Assembly: GCA_964187785.1 (NCBI GenBank)
Contig: OZ076413.1
Span: 47,370,001 to 47,434,000, forward strand
Direction: 5' to 3'
DNA length: 64,000 nucleotides
Origin: Amphiscolops sp. MND2022
Lineage: Eukaryota
Shown: positions 48,681 through 61,889 of the stretch, one piece after another
Numbering within the stretch: position 1 is the first letter of the stretch
Layout of the letters: each line of letters begins with the position of its first letter
Notes under the pieces: generated by a model
What the model was told of the DNA's origin: nothing
The model's database searches: none
Seen by the model: only the letters and a program-made list of their open reading frames with translations
Program-made: the position numbers and the translations under genes

Positions 48681-49701
48681 AAAGAAGGTAAAGGTTAAAA
48701 CCAATCAAACAACGGATGGTCCCTAGGGTTCCAAAAACTGATGCAATTTTAATGAGCTTTTGAGTACCCTAACCAAAGCGTAAATTTCGAATAAGGTGCT
48801 GATTTAGAATGTTTGAACCTAAAATGCTGAAATGAACTTCTATTCCTGGATAAGATTATGTAGTAGTATCTGATCTTCCAAATCTGACTGATCCACTGAA
48901 TCTGGATCTGGCATTTATGGAAATATAACCCGAAATTCAAAAACTCTATCCGAAATTCATCTATCAAGCGGCTTCAGGAAACGCGGTAACAAAAAGCGTT
49001 TTTAACGCTACCCTGTTCATTAAAGTTAGGCTTTTTTAAATTCAGAGAAAACATGCATTTTAAAAGCATGTGAGACTAAAAAGGAGACCAGGAGCAGCAT
49101 CTAAAAGAATATTATCTAAAAACCAAATCAAAGGAATACTATCTGAGAAATCGGGAATAGGATCTAAAATTTATAATTGTATCTGAAAGTTGTCAAAACG
49201 CATATGCCAAAATTTTCAACAACCAGATTGTGCAAATTATCAACACTTAATAAATCAAATTTTGATGAGATTCTCATCTGGCATTTAATGCAATTATCCT
49301 CCTCGATACATCATACACATCATACGACCACAAGGAACAGCACAAAAACATATTTTTCTCTGGTTCGCACACAGAGCACTTCGTATAGTGTTTCATATCG
49401 CTTTCATCACATTCTAGGCCAGTGTCATTGAATTCGATGGTGTCGTTTGGTGTTAACTCAGTCTCATTTTCATCATTTTCGTTCAAGTGATTAAATTCTT
49501 TTGGCCTCCATTAAAACCTCGCATTCGAGTGTTAGTCTCAGTGTAGTTTCAAGTTAGTGTCTGTAATTTTGATAATGAAATTTTATCTAGGGACCTTCAA
49601 ATGAAATCCCGGTTTTCCCCACTTAATTGGGTCATATTCGGTCTATGCACACTCGCCCTCACTGTCGCGAATACCGATCGCTCCTCGATCTCCGTTCCCG
49701 C

Positions 49702-49757
49702 TAGGTCTTTGGTCCGGTTCGACCTCTCTTAGCAAGATGGGCACATCAGAAGGACTA
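49702..49757 (-). ncRNA. Degenerate minimal type I hammerhead-ribozyme-like motif
   Basis: Minus strand TAGTCCTT-CTGATGT-GCCCATCTT-GCT-AAGAGAGGTC-GAACCGGAC-C-AAAGACCTA; stems I and II can pair, but core positions are mutated. Confidence 0.4.
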
Positions 49758-50529
49758 AGGGGCCTCGGTGCACTAGAAGAACTGGGGACATATTCAAGGC
49801 ACGCCCTGTAGTCCAATGGTAGAAAATTTATTTATTTTTCAAGAGAATATTGAGCATCAATATTTGAAACAGACCCCTCTGTGACTACCTTCAATTGTTT
49901 TGAAATCCACATGACCTGAAGTACTTGAAAAAAAACCTATTGAAAAATCGGGAATAGTATCTACAAATGTAGATATTATAACTGAAAAATGGTTTCAGCC
50001 ATATCAGCCTTAGAACTTAATCCTTAAACGATTTTAAATATCATTCCTTAGATGTTATTGTTGAAGGCTGGTACTTCAATCCTTCAGCAGTTTATGTTAT
50101 ACGGCGACTGTAGAGAGTCAATCAGTTAGTGAGATTTTTGGTCTTGAGGAATTTTTAAGTTTTCAGTGTTTTTGTTCCGAGCCAAGACTAAGTTGATTTT
50201 AGGCTGCAAACACCCTTTTCAACAAGGCTAGAGGAACAAGAGAAATTTCAACAAAATGTCTATCATTGAGAGCTTTATTTGACAACATGAGTTGTGACAG
50301 TGAGATGAAAGCACCGGGTACATATGATCAGAAATGCAAACTTGATGTTCATCAGAAATGTGATGGACATGCGAAGGGAAGGAAATAACATTTGTCTTGA
50401 ACACTACTGAAAGGCACTTGAACCAAAAATGTTACTCAAAGATTTTAATACTGCAATGTATGAAATCGTCTAAGAGTTTCACGACCCAAGGGTTTATGTT
50501 TGTTAGTACTTTGGACATCCAAAATTGAA

Positions 50530-51740
50530 TGTTAAACACCAGCAAATAAACCAACTAAAAGAGCAGCAAACTTTACTTTCAATCAAAATAGAATTTCCGG
50601 AATACATCGGGTGAGCTTGTCTCGTCTGAATTTTGAGCTTTTAGTAATTAAAGTTAAGACTTTAGCTCTTGAATTTTGTTAAGAGTTTTCGTAAGATTTC
50701 CCAACACCCCACTCAGATTTTTGGAGGAAGAATCTGAATTTGACCCACTCAAACACGTCGATGTTGCTCCACTTTCACTTGTGGAAGTGCTTTTGCCAAA
50801 AGATCGGTTGCCAGTTGATCTGTTGGCGTATAGATCAGTTCAACAGAATTGTCGTCGACCTTTTCACGCATAAAATGATACCTTGTTTGAAAATACTTTG
50901 ATCGCTTGTGCATAACGGGGTTGTTCGCCAGTTTGATGCATCGTTGGTTGTCTTCACGAATGCGTGTTGCTTGCATCTGCTGATAGCCCATCTCGTAGAC
51001 GATGGATCGCAAGAAGGTTGCCTCTTGCACAGCTGCTGCCAAACACTGATACCCAGTTTCACTTCACAGGATGAGAGAGTCACAGTCTGCTGGTTCTTGG
51101 TTTCGCAGCTTACTGCTCCCCCACTGAAACCAAGCACGAAAAAGTAGCCCGTTGTTGATCGCCTATCATTGTGATCTCTGCTCCAGTCTGCATCGCTTTC
51201 AGTCGTGTAGGTCGTGTAGGTGAAAGTCATTGTCTCCCAGGGAGACCAATTTGAGTGACTTTGTTGCTTGAAGATAGCGGAGCACACGTTTGCCAGCCAG
51301 CCAGTGAGTGTTTGTTGGTTGGTCCATGAATCGTGAGAGCACATTAACTATCCACAATATGTCTAGCCTAGTTTGCTTGGCGATGTATAGTAGAGACCCT
51401 ACTAAACTTCTATACAATCTTTTGTCTACCAATTTCTCATTCTCAGTTGCTTTAACTAGTTTGAGATTGTTCTCAGCTGGCTTTCTAGAAGGGGTGCTAC
51501 CTTGCATGCCAAATTTTTCTATAACGTTCTCGATTTATTTCACCTGATCAATAGTTACTCTGTCATTTTCTTCACACACTTGCATGTCTAGGAACAATTC
51601 CGGTTTTCCTCCATCATCCATTTTAAATTTTCCTTCAAGAGTTTTTTCAAATGATTTATGCTCTCATAGTTGCTGCCGGCTATCACAAGATCATCTACCC
51701 AAATTAAGACATACAACTTTTCTTTGTTTTCAATTTTATG
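50530..51740 (-). mobile_element. Ty1/Copia remnant (RT C-terminus, RNase H, PPT, probable 3' LTR)
   Basis: LIWVDDLVIAG, YRSLVGSLLY, KRVLRYL, SDADW...RRSTTG, EDNQ, HKRSK. GAGTGGGG followed by TGTTGG at ~50706; LTR end at ~50530 is tentative. Confidence 0.9.
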
Positions 51741-52011
51741 CACCTGCTCGTTGTTAGCACTGCCAGTGTCGATTGGTTGTCAGTTGGCCGACCAAAACTA
51801 TAAAAACTAACATTTTTGAGGTAGTTTTGTGATTTTTTGACGAGAGACTATTTTTCACGATTTTCGTTAGGTAATTTGCTGAAAAAACCTTCTTCCTGCA
51901 CCCAATTACACTTATTTCAACTAAATCTTGCTCCTATTGAGCTCTTATAAGCCCTGAATCGGTTTTTGATTTTTCCGAGTTTCAGTCCTTGTTAGCGTAT
52001 CTTCAGGATTC

Positions 52012-52126
52012 CCCTGGACTGGTAAGGACTGGTCCAGGACTTGTTAGGCTAAAGGTGGCACATGTAAGGACTGGTCAAGAACTTGATAAGTCCTTATCCG
52101 TCCTTGGGAATCCTTGGCAGTCCTGG
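52012..52126. repeat. Small degenerate inverted-repeat element
   Basis: AGGACTGGT repeats on the left; TCCTTGGCAGTCCTGG on the right. Confidence 0.4.
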
Positions 52127-53627
52127 AATTCAAATATTTGTCAGTACGGGCAGTTTTTACGGTTTCCCAAGAGACAAAATATGATAAGCGAGATTCACGT
52201 TATCGAGCATGTCCGAATCACTATCTTAGATAGTTTGGGAACCTTGCATGGACCGGTGGTCACAGTTGATTTGCAGTGCAGTGCAGTGCAGTGCAGTACA
52301 GTTCCAGTTCGGAATGTTTCTCATACTAAGTAGATTTATGTTTTTTTTCAAAACGGATGATGCTCGTGTAAATACTTTTAAATTCTTAACTGTTTTCAGT
52401 CTATTGAACAGTCCATACCAGGGATCCAATTCATTTATCACAGTGTCCTGTTTAAATCAGCTTTCTTCTGATTTCTCAAAGTTTTGGCATATTGGCAGTA
52501 ATTTGGCTATGTGAATTACAACTCAAAAATTTCATTCAGTATCTTCAATAAATCGAATCGATGGTTCCTCTACAACTCCGTCACTCTTAGGGGAGCGAAT
52601 TTTTAAAATGCCGCCGTAATGTTGCCGATAGTTAACAAGTCCGAAAGTCGATGAATTTTCTTTAGAAGGGTTTTCGTTCTGGGGAAGGGTGGAAATAGTG
52701 TTTTGATCAAAATGGTCCCCTGTGGTTTTTCAAATATCCATGTTACGAGCTTCGGTGGAAGACTGGCTCGATTTCTGAACAAATTGAAGCTGTCAGTTTG
52801 ATGGCCACAAAATGCGACTATTTAGTTCAAGTATTTTTGCATTCTTTTGTCTGCTCCAACCCTAATACACTGGAAATGATTTGTTTCCATTGAATTTGAC
52901 TGTCAAAAATTCAACTGTTTATCAAAAGATAGAAGCTGGCATCTTGCAGCAATCAAATCATTCTATCTAAATAAAAACGAATCCATTGTTTCGTAGTGTT
53001 TGAAAATTCAATAGTTTCTTGGATCAACTCAAAAACCAATTTTGTGTTTCGTGAATAGTTTAAAAACATAAAGAAGGAATTCCAATGTTTAAAGTCAAAA
53101 TAAGTGAAAAAAACATGATAATTTTGTCTTCAAGCTGACTAACTGCCTACTTTAAAAACAGTATGCAAAAATATCATATAAAACACATATCATATGTTGT
53201 GGTAATTGTGATGAAAATGTCAGAAAAATTCTAATTCAATCGCAGTTGAGCATGTAATTGCTCTTTTTGCAGTTTTCGTCATTTGCAAAATGAAAGATGT
53301 CAGAAGCATACAGTGCAAAAGCGGACAAGAGGCAGTGCATCGCGAACTAGACGCTGGGATATTTTCCGCAGTAAATTGGTTAACAATAGACTCTCTATCG
53401 AAAACATATCTCCTCCTTGGTAAAACGCAATTTACTTCGGTTATAACGTCAAATTCGGATATAGCGCAATATTTCCGAACCTCCGCCTCCTCCTTAGTAA
53501 GAAGCAATATTAATTGTGATATGGAGTAAAAATTAGAGATCTGGCAAACTTTGGGAAAAAGGCAACACAGTGTCACAGCCCCAGCTTAGCAGTGAGAACT
53601 GAAACAAAATAGGCTCAGTGTATGGAC

Positions 53628-56600
53628 AGGGAAATGACGAAAAAAAGCAGCAACTGAAGAAACAACACACAAAACGTCCAAAATGTAATTATATTTTATT
53701 AATACATCAGAATAACGGGGCTAAAGATTACAATAATATTAAATAACAGCTACCATTTTAATTATACGTAGTGAAATATGTACAGACGATACTTTTAGCC
53801 AATACGGTCCTACAGTGCAATAAATAGCATTCTGAATGGAGCTTTACAGCTAATTATAGTAGAAACGCACGGCTGACAAAAGGCCTGAAATGCGAAGCAG
53901 CGGTACCGTGGCCTGGCACGCGGCCTCAAAAGTGGAAATTGAGACGCCGGCCTGGCGAACAGCCTCGGAATAAAATGTGCTACGCGCTCGTCTTTAATCG
54001 TAAACGCGGTAAACGCGTTACTGTTGAGTACATGTGAATTTATTCAAAAAATATTAAATCGATATGTTACACTAAACATGTAAATGTCACAAACACTTTG
54101 GACACGTTGTGGGAAATGTAATTGTCATATACCAGAGCCCAGGACGCGTCCCAGGACTGGGAAAAACTAAAATTCGTTATAGGAATGAATTATTGTGTTG
54201 GCTTTATTTATCATTGCTTTTTTTGTAAAAATTATGCTAAATTTTTTTTTCTTGAACCATACCGTTGATCACATTCAGTTTAAAATATTATTTCATGTAA
54301 ACTAATTGGTGAATAAATATGCGTCCCAAGCCATTGCCAGGGACCAAAGTTCATGTGATTTTAGGAAACCCCACCTTTCAATATCCTGAATTTCGGTTAA
54401 ATAAATCCGTTTCAAACCCTATGATCGTACTTTTAGATATTGTGCTGAATTAGGAAAAGAATATTCTTTCCTTCTTGAAATCTTGATTGTTATGATTTTT
54501 GTCCCCTTGTTTCCTCGTCAGCGTTCTTTGTGAATCATCATCATAAATTCCCCTACAAGATCAACTTCGGCGTCCCGAAAGGGCGAGAGTTGGAGGCAAA
54601 GGCAAGCTTGATTGCAACTCAGACAGGGAAGTGGACGCTTGTTTTCCTAGAAAAGCTTGAACAAACTGAACATCTGAATTCGATGAAGCGGAACTGAGTA
54701 TTTTCCTTCCAGTCTTTAAGGGATCCCGACCTGGACAAAGCGTGAAGTTTGTGCGTTTGTTTTCCCCCGCTTTCGTGAGGAGAAGTATATATATATATGT
54801 ATCTGTAAAATTGGAGCTGAAATTATAATAATTTGGTGAATTTGATTTGGTAATCACTCTCAACTTCAATAATCAAAAAAACAATTTGAAAATCATCGAT
54901 TTTTCAATTCTGCAGAAGAAAGCAATAAAGATCAGAAACTCAAATTTTGAATACATACCTGAACCTGAAATGCCCGAGCGATCGTGGAAACGAAAGGCAA
55001 GAAGAGTCTCACCAGCTTGTTCAATGGTGAACTAGAAACTTCCAGTCAAAGGACTGAAAATATACTTGGCATCTCTGATATGGATTTTCTCAGAAATGTC
55101 GGAGAGAAACGAAAAATCAGTCGGAGGTAGAATAAAAGATGCTGAAATTGGGCAAAGAGAAATCTAAAGAATGACAGAGAACCTATCTTAGAAAATCGAT
55201 TCACTGTCTCGAAATGTCCCCGAGAACGCAATCCTGGAAACAAAACGTGAGACCTGTTTGGAACACGTAGCTTCAACTACTAGGACTACAAGAGCAAACG
55301 AAATGATCCATGCGGACGTTACTTACACACAGATTTCGCTTAGGGAAATGACGAAAAAAAGCAGCAACTGAAGAAACAACACACAAAACGTCCAAAATGT
55401 AATTTTATTTTATTAATACATCAGAATAACGGGGCTAAAGATTACAATAAAATTAAATAACAGCTACCATTTTAATTATACGTAGTGAAATATGTACAGA
55501 CGATACTTTTAGCCAATACGGTCCTACAGTGCAATAAATAGCATTCTGAATGGAGCTTTACAGCTAATTATAGTAGAAACGCACGGCTGACAAAAGGCCT
55601 GAAATGCGAAGCAGCGGTACCGTGGCCTGGCACGCGGCCTCAAAAGTGGAAATTGAGACGCCGGCCTGGCGAACAGCCTCGGAATAAAATGTGCTACGCG
55701 CTCGTCTTTAATCGTAAACGCGGTAAACGCGTTACTGTTGAGTACATGTGAATTTATTCAAAAAATATTAAGTCGATATGATACACTAAACATGTAAATG
55801 TCACGAACACTTTGGACACGTTGTGGGAAATGTAATTGTCATATACCAGAGCCCAGGACGCGTCCCAGGACTGGGAAAAACTAAAATTCGTTATAGGAAT
55901 GAATTATTGTGTTGGCTTTATTTATCATTGCTTTTTTTGTGAAAATTATGCTATTTTGTTTTCTTGAACCATACCGTTGATCACATTCAGTTCAAAATAT
56001 TATTTCATGTAAATTAATTGGTGAATAAATATGCGTCCCAAGCCATTGCCAGGGACCAAAGTTCATGTGATTTTAGGAAATCCCACCTTTCAATATCCTG
56101 AATTTCGGTTAAATAAATCCGTAAATCCGTTTCAAACCCTATGATCGTACTTTTAGATTTTGTGCTGAATTAGGAAAAGAATATTCTTTCCTTCTTGAAA
56201 TCTTGATTGTTATGATTTTTGTCCCCTTGTTTCCTCGTCAGCGTTCTTTGTGAATCATCATCATAAATTCCCCGACAAGATCAACTTCGGCGTCCCGAAA
56301 GGGCGAGAGTTGGAGGAAAAGGCAAGCTTGATTGCAACTCAGACAGGGAAGTGGACGCTTGTTTTCCTAGAAAAGCTTGAACAAACTGAACATCTGAATT
56401 CGATGAAGCGGAACTGAGTATTTTCCTTCCAGTCTTTAAGGGATCCCGACCTGGACAAAGCGTGAAGTTTGTGCGTTTGTTTTCCCCCGCTTTCGTGAGG
56501 AGAAGTATATATATATATGTATCTGTAAAATTGGAGCTGAAATTATAATAATTTGGTGAATTTGATTTGGTAATCACTCTCAACTTCAATAATCAAAAAA

Positions 56601-56725
56601 ACAATTTGAAAATCATCGATTTTTCAATTCTGCAGAAGAAAGCAATAAAGATCAGAAACTCAAATTTTGAATACATACCTGAACCTGAAATGCCCGAGCG
56701 ATCGTGGAAACGAAAGGCAAGAAGA
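53628..56725. repeat. Near-tandem direct duplication of ~1.38 kb
   Basis: 53628-55005 is repeated at 55342-56725 with few differences; 336 bp of unique sequence lies between the copies. Confidence 0.95.
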
Positions 56726-57639
56726 TAAGAAACTCTAAGAAGGCCTCAAATATATTTGGTAAGCCACAATGCATATCAGCCAGACACTACCGTTTGAAGC
56801 TGTAGAGATGAGTTCTATAGCCTAAAAATCTTTATTCCGTACGCGTAGCACCAGCTTCTAAGCTGTATGGCCAGTAATGTGGTACTTTGTTTTTCATTAT
56901 TCTGTATAACTGTTGATTACGTCAGTTGGCTGCTGGTTCACCAACCACTCCCTGTTGCTGCTATTTACCGGTCCTGGATCTTGAACTTCTTTTTTTTGGT
57001 CCTGTTTTTGAATGATATCGGAACGGTTGTTCTGGCCGGGCAAAATGCCCGTAGCTTCTAGCAATTATAGACTGGGATCGATTGGCAAATGTCTAAGAGA
57101 AGAAGGTCTCCCCTATAAGACAACACCCAAAGGAGGCAAAATAGGCCTACCGGCAGATGGGAGCACATCCAGTGCACCAAAACCCCATCCATTTAGGCTT
57201 CTCTAGCTCGCAATGCCTATGCGATAGCTACGCGGCAGCTTTTCGATACAGTAGAGACAAGTTATTTTCCACATAATTTTCAAACTTATTGTATTTTTAA
57301 GACTCTAGACTTATTGCCTTCAAAGTTAATTTTACCACTGATTCAGGGTGATGTTAACATTCTAAAGTCTTCATGAGATATATTTTTAGCGTTTGAAAAA
57401 AATTGAGAATGAACCTAATCAAGAAAACTAATTTTTTTTTGAAATCCGTTAGTTTAAGGGAAAAGTTCCAGAATGAAAAGTTGTTCATTATCATTCAAGT
57501 TTTTTATTAGTTCATTCAATTTGTTCATGTCAACTTTCGGTTGCCGGAAATGAACTATTTCTGATCATAAGTTCTCACAATGAGCAGCAAAAACTTTCTA
57601 ATTCACTTTGGTCATAAAAATGAGAAAAAAATGCGAGAA

Positions 57640-58600
57640 AAGACCCTGAAAAATTATCAGAAAAACTGGGAATACCGTTATCAACAGTCCATCAGAAAAA
57701 TGAAAGAGTCGAAAACGGTGACGGCTTGAAACGCAGTCCTGGAAGTGGACGACTTGCTAATTTTCCCGACAACGAAAAAAAATCTATAGCCCAGATTGCT
57801 CTCCGACTTCTCTCCTAAAAATCCCTTCTCTCCCTTTCCCTCTCTCCGATTGCTCTCCTAAAAAAAGATTCGAAGAGAAACACCCGAAAAATGACAGCAC
57901 CTTAACGTTTCACAGACAGCTCGGCAAGTGTGGGATCGAAAACGTTTGCCAAAAACAGGTGCTCAACATTTCGGAAACACAAAAGTAAAATTACTGGATC
58001 TTTGCCTACATTTAAATTTCCCTACGTTTAAATATCCCTTAAATGATGTCTTTTTTTAGGATGAGTTGTCCTTCCAGCTTCACTGCAACACTATCCGGGT
58101 ATGGTCTTCAAAAGATCCTTCTTGTTCATCCAAAAAATACCGAAGTTTCTTCAAAAAGTTTTCTTTGGAGGTGCTGCAGCAATGAACGGGTTTCATTTTC
58201 ATATTTGAGAGAAAAACGTGACTGTTAATGCTAGAAAAGACTAAGAAACTTCAGTAAATTTCATTCTCTATGCAAATAGGCTGTATCCGCAACTTTGTAT
58301 CCTGGAAGAAAATGGGGGCAACCCCGCATACGTCAGTTTCAACAAAATGTTTTTGAATCACAATGAAAAACAATTTTTGCTGTCCCCGCCAAGTTCCCCA
58401 GACCTATGGGCAAATGAAAACCTCTGGCGGATCCTTAAACATGAAATTGTTTGAAAAAGTTTAGACAGTGCTTACAAAATGGGGGCAAGGTTGTAGAAAA
58501 AATCGACAATAAACAGACAGAAAACAAGACCTTTGCAACGGTCCAAACTTTTCCTCGAGTTATGGATCAAAATGGATCAAAATATGGATTTTCATTCTTT
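57640..58600 (+). pseudogene. Decayed Tc1/mariner transposase
   Basis: SPGSGR (~57735), F*DELSFQL (~58055; cf. FSDE), SSPDLWANENLWRILK (~58392-58439; cf. SPDLNPIENLW). Confidence 0.7.
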
Positions 58601-61600
58601 GTCATGCGCTATATAAACAAAACGAAAGAAAATTTTGAACAAAACTTCACTAAGTTCGGGGATTGGATTGCATTCCAGGTGGGTATACAGAACCATTAGA
58701 CGGCTTCATTCGCTGTAATGCTAATACTATTTGTGTGAGTTGTATTTGCTCAAAAGAGGAGAACCTGAGTCGCCGTTTTCAAGAACACTTTGCTGTCTTT
58801 TTCCAATGCTTTTCTAACTCATTCCACATAAAAACATTTAGTTTTGTATTCGGGAAAATGGTGACAATTCGATGTGGGCTAGCTTGCAAAGACTATACCT
58901 CTGTTCAATGAAGGTGCTCAGCTGAGATAATTCTTTACCTTCAGTTCTTGGCTCTGATTTTGTTTTGAAGTCAGTTCTATGCTGTGTATCTTCATGATAA
59001 TATGAAATGGTTTGAGAGGTCGGTCACTGTTGGAAAATTCCATTGATAAAAATTCTACAATAAGGTTGAATTATCAAACGCAAGCATGCTGATTATTTTA
59101 CTCGTTTATCTCAATGCAAAAGTGTTCTTGAAAATACATTACAGAAATTAGTTCTTTCAAAGGAGCATGAAATCTTGGGCTGATTTTTGTTAGATTGCAG
59201 TCAGGCATGTCAGTTTTATACGCTTGCATATTCTTTCATTTTTCATGCATATTCGGCAACCACTAAATTTGAACCGCACATGAATAGGTAAGGCGTCCAA
59301 AAATATCCATCTTTTGCATAAAATCTTTGTGTAACTGTCAAATTTTGATTTTTTCCTCAAAAATAGGGAATGACAGAGTCTATTTGTTTGTTCGATGTTG
59401 AACACACTTCCTCATTTTAAAGCAAGTTCTGTGATGACCGTCAATTATTGACGCCTAAACTTTTTGCCTGAAACATATGCTTTTTCCATGTGAATAGTGG
59501 TAAAAATTAATTTTTCAGATCAAAATGACACCACTTTTTATCTGTACCTTGAAGCGCATTTTTGACAAAATTCATTGCATCTCGTGTCGCATCTTCCACA
59601 ATTTTTTTCCGCATAAAGTAGCCTCGCTTGATTTCAGCCAATTTGACACCCGCAGGTGATAAAGCGAGGTCCAATGTGTAAACAACTGAGTAAACAAGAA
59701 AGAGTGAACTTACTGTTTGCACTAGTTTCTGAATATATAACTGCTCTTCTTTTCTCAGTTTCCGAGATACTGATTTTATCTGAAACAGAAAGTAAACAAA
59801 ATACAAAAAAATACCAATTCATTTTTGATGTTTTATTCAAGTTCAAATACAAGAGTTTCGTTTTCATTTGATCGATTCAAATAATGGTTGGAGAAAAAAG
59901 ATTTTATCGGAACTGGTTTTCTCCGGATGAAGTTTTTCTATACTTTGTACTGGAAATTTTCCTAGTGGGAAAACTACACTTCTTTGCAAGTTCTCACAAA
60001 CAATTTTGTAAAATCTTGTGAGAAAATACGTTATTCGACCCTAACTCTTACAAGATTCTTGTAAGATTGGTAGATTCCAGCTGAAAACAAAAGATGCATA
60101 AATTTTACAAAATCCTTTGAACTAATTTTTGGTCCAATTTTTCAGTGAAATTTCAACGATTAAACACTTACGCACTTTTTTGTAAAAATTTCAAACAAAC
60201 AGGAAAATTTTTGCAAAAATTTTATCAGAATCTTGGAAGAAATGTTAGAGATTGAAACAAACTTGCAAAATTTGCTATTCTTATACAAACTTCGCAATTT
60301 GTGCTGCACAATTTGTGATTTCTGAAAAGACGCTGAAAACGTCTCAGAAAACTGAATCTGAGAAAACAGGAGTGTTTCGTTTCTCAATCTTCGAACGGCT
60401 CTCAAAAACTAAACTGTTCTTGAGAAAAAAGTTCAGTTCAAAGCGGTAATGTGCCTTAAAATAGAGACGAAAGTTGAATATCAATTAGAATTTTTCAGTT
60501 TGAAATTCTTCATTCAATCAAACCCGTGAACTCTTTACCCAATGGCCGTTGGCATTTGGCAAAACGTTCATGTGTTTGATAGAAGCAACTTTTCCAAAAT
60601 ATGTTGGTAACAAAAACAAGAAAATGATTTAACCGGTGCTGGATTTCGTTATCTGAATAAGGTCATGTATTATGACTTGTTTTATTCTCGGTTATTCTCC
60701 ACCGGTCAAATTCGTAACGATTTTTGGATATGGACCCAGAAAACTGATTTAGTTGAAAATGATTGCCGATAATACCAGATTAACCTCAAAAAGTGAAAAC
60801 AGTCACACAGACATGAATGCCATAAAAATGTCAACCACGTGGTTTTATCTTTCTCTTTCGTTTCCATTAATATTGCCCCAACCGATTCCAATAGTTCTCA
60901 ATATGAGGATAGAAGAAACTCAATACGTGGCTATATGAACATTGTATGTTAACAACAATGCATATAAACCATGTAATATAGCCATCTATTGAGTGCTATG
61001 CAAGTCAGTTGGCTTGAAATTCAGGTTGTCAGCCCGAAGTTACGTGTAGAAAAAATTAGGCTTGTCTAGTAGAGTCCAATATTATTAGAAACAAATACAA
61101 AAGCAAACTATTTTTGAGCAAATTGATAGATCGAGATGCATGGGATGCAGGATCAAATCGCTTAAATTTGTTTTAGCCGTCCAATAAATTTTGAATTTTT
61201 TAAAACTACTTTAGACAAGGAAAAAGAAACGTGAACAAAATGAACTGCAATTATGCAAAATTCAAGTTTCATCACAAAGGCAGGCTTTTTCCGAGTCCAG
61301 TTTTCTGGACATCTATACATTCAGATGTTTTCTAAGCTCTGAATGTATAGAACTCATTGCCGAGAACATCCGCTTCAGAGGACCACTGCTTAGAATTATT
61401 GACGGCATCCCAATTGGAAAATTGCGCAAATTGAAGCTGATTTTACCGAGTTGAGCTTGCGTCCCGAAAAATCGTTTGGATTGAGATCCAATTTCGACCT
61501 GTTCTTGCGGAAGAAAACATGGAAGCTTTCACTGGAGTTCTACTGAATTCAATTTTGGGCCCTTTACCGCTCGCAAAATGTCTTTCAAAATGTTTCCAAC

Positions 61601-61889
61601 CCTAACAGTATAAGTGTATCTCAGGCATTCGTTGGATTTCGGTTTCATTTCCTTTGAACTCTTTCCAAATTCAATTGTTGGTCCGTCTACTGTGCCATTA
61701 TATGAAGTGTGTGAATTTTGAACGTAATGTGAATAGCATTTTGGTTTTTGTGATCGAGTTTACCTCAGCTCTCTTGTAGTGGTTTACACTGGTAATGGTT
61801 GCAACCTTCGGAAAAATTACGATCTCACAAACGCAACCACCCAATCAGTTGTTACGATACGAACAAATTGGTGTTTTATGCTAGCATGT

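Noticed and set aside
49640..49735. Resemblance to the 7SL/SRP RNA S domain
   Set aside because: Patchy match lacking the GCAGG motif and an Alu domain; the hammerhead reading fits better.
54561..56589. Duplicated 102-aa ORF as a gene pair
   Set aside because: Non-ATG start, crosses a TA microsatellite, and the identity is explained by the DNA duplication.
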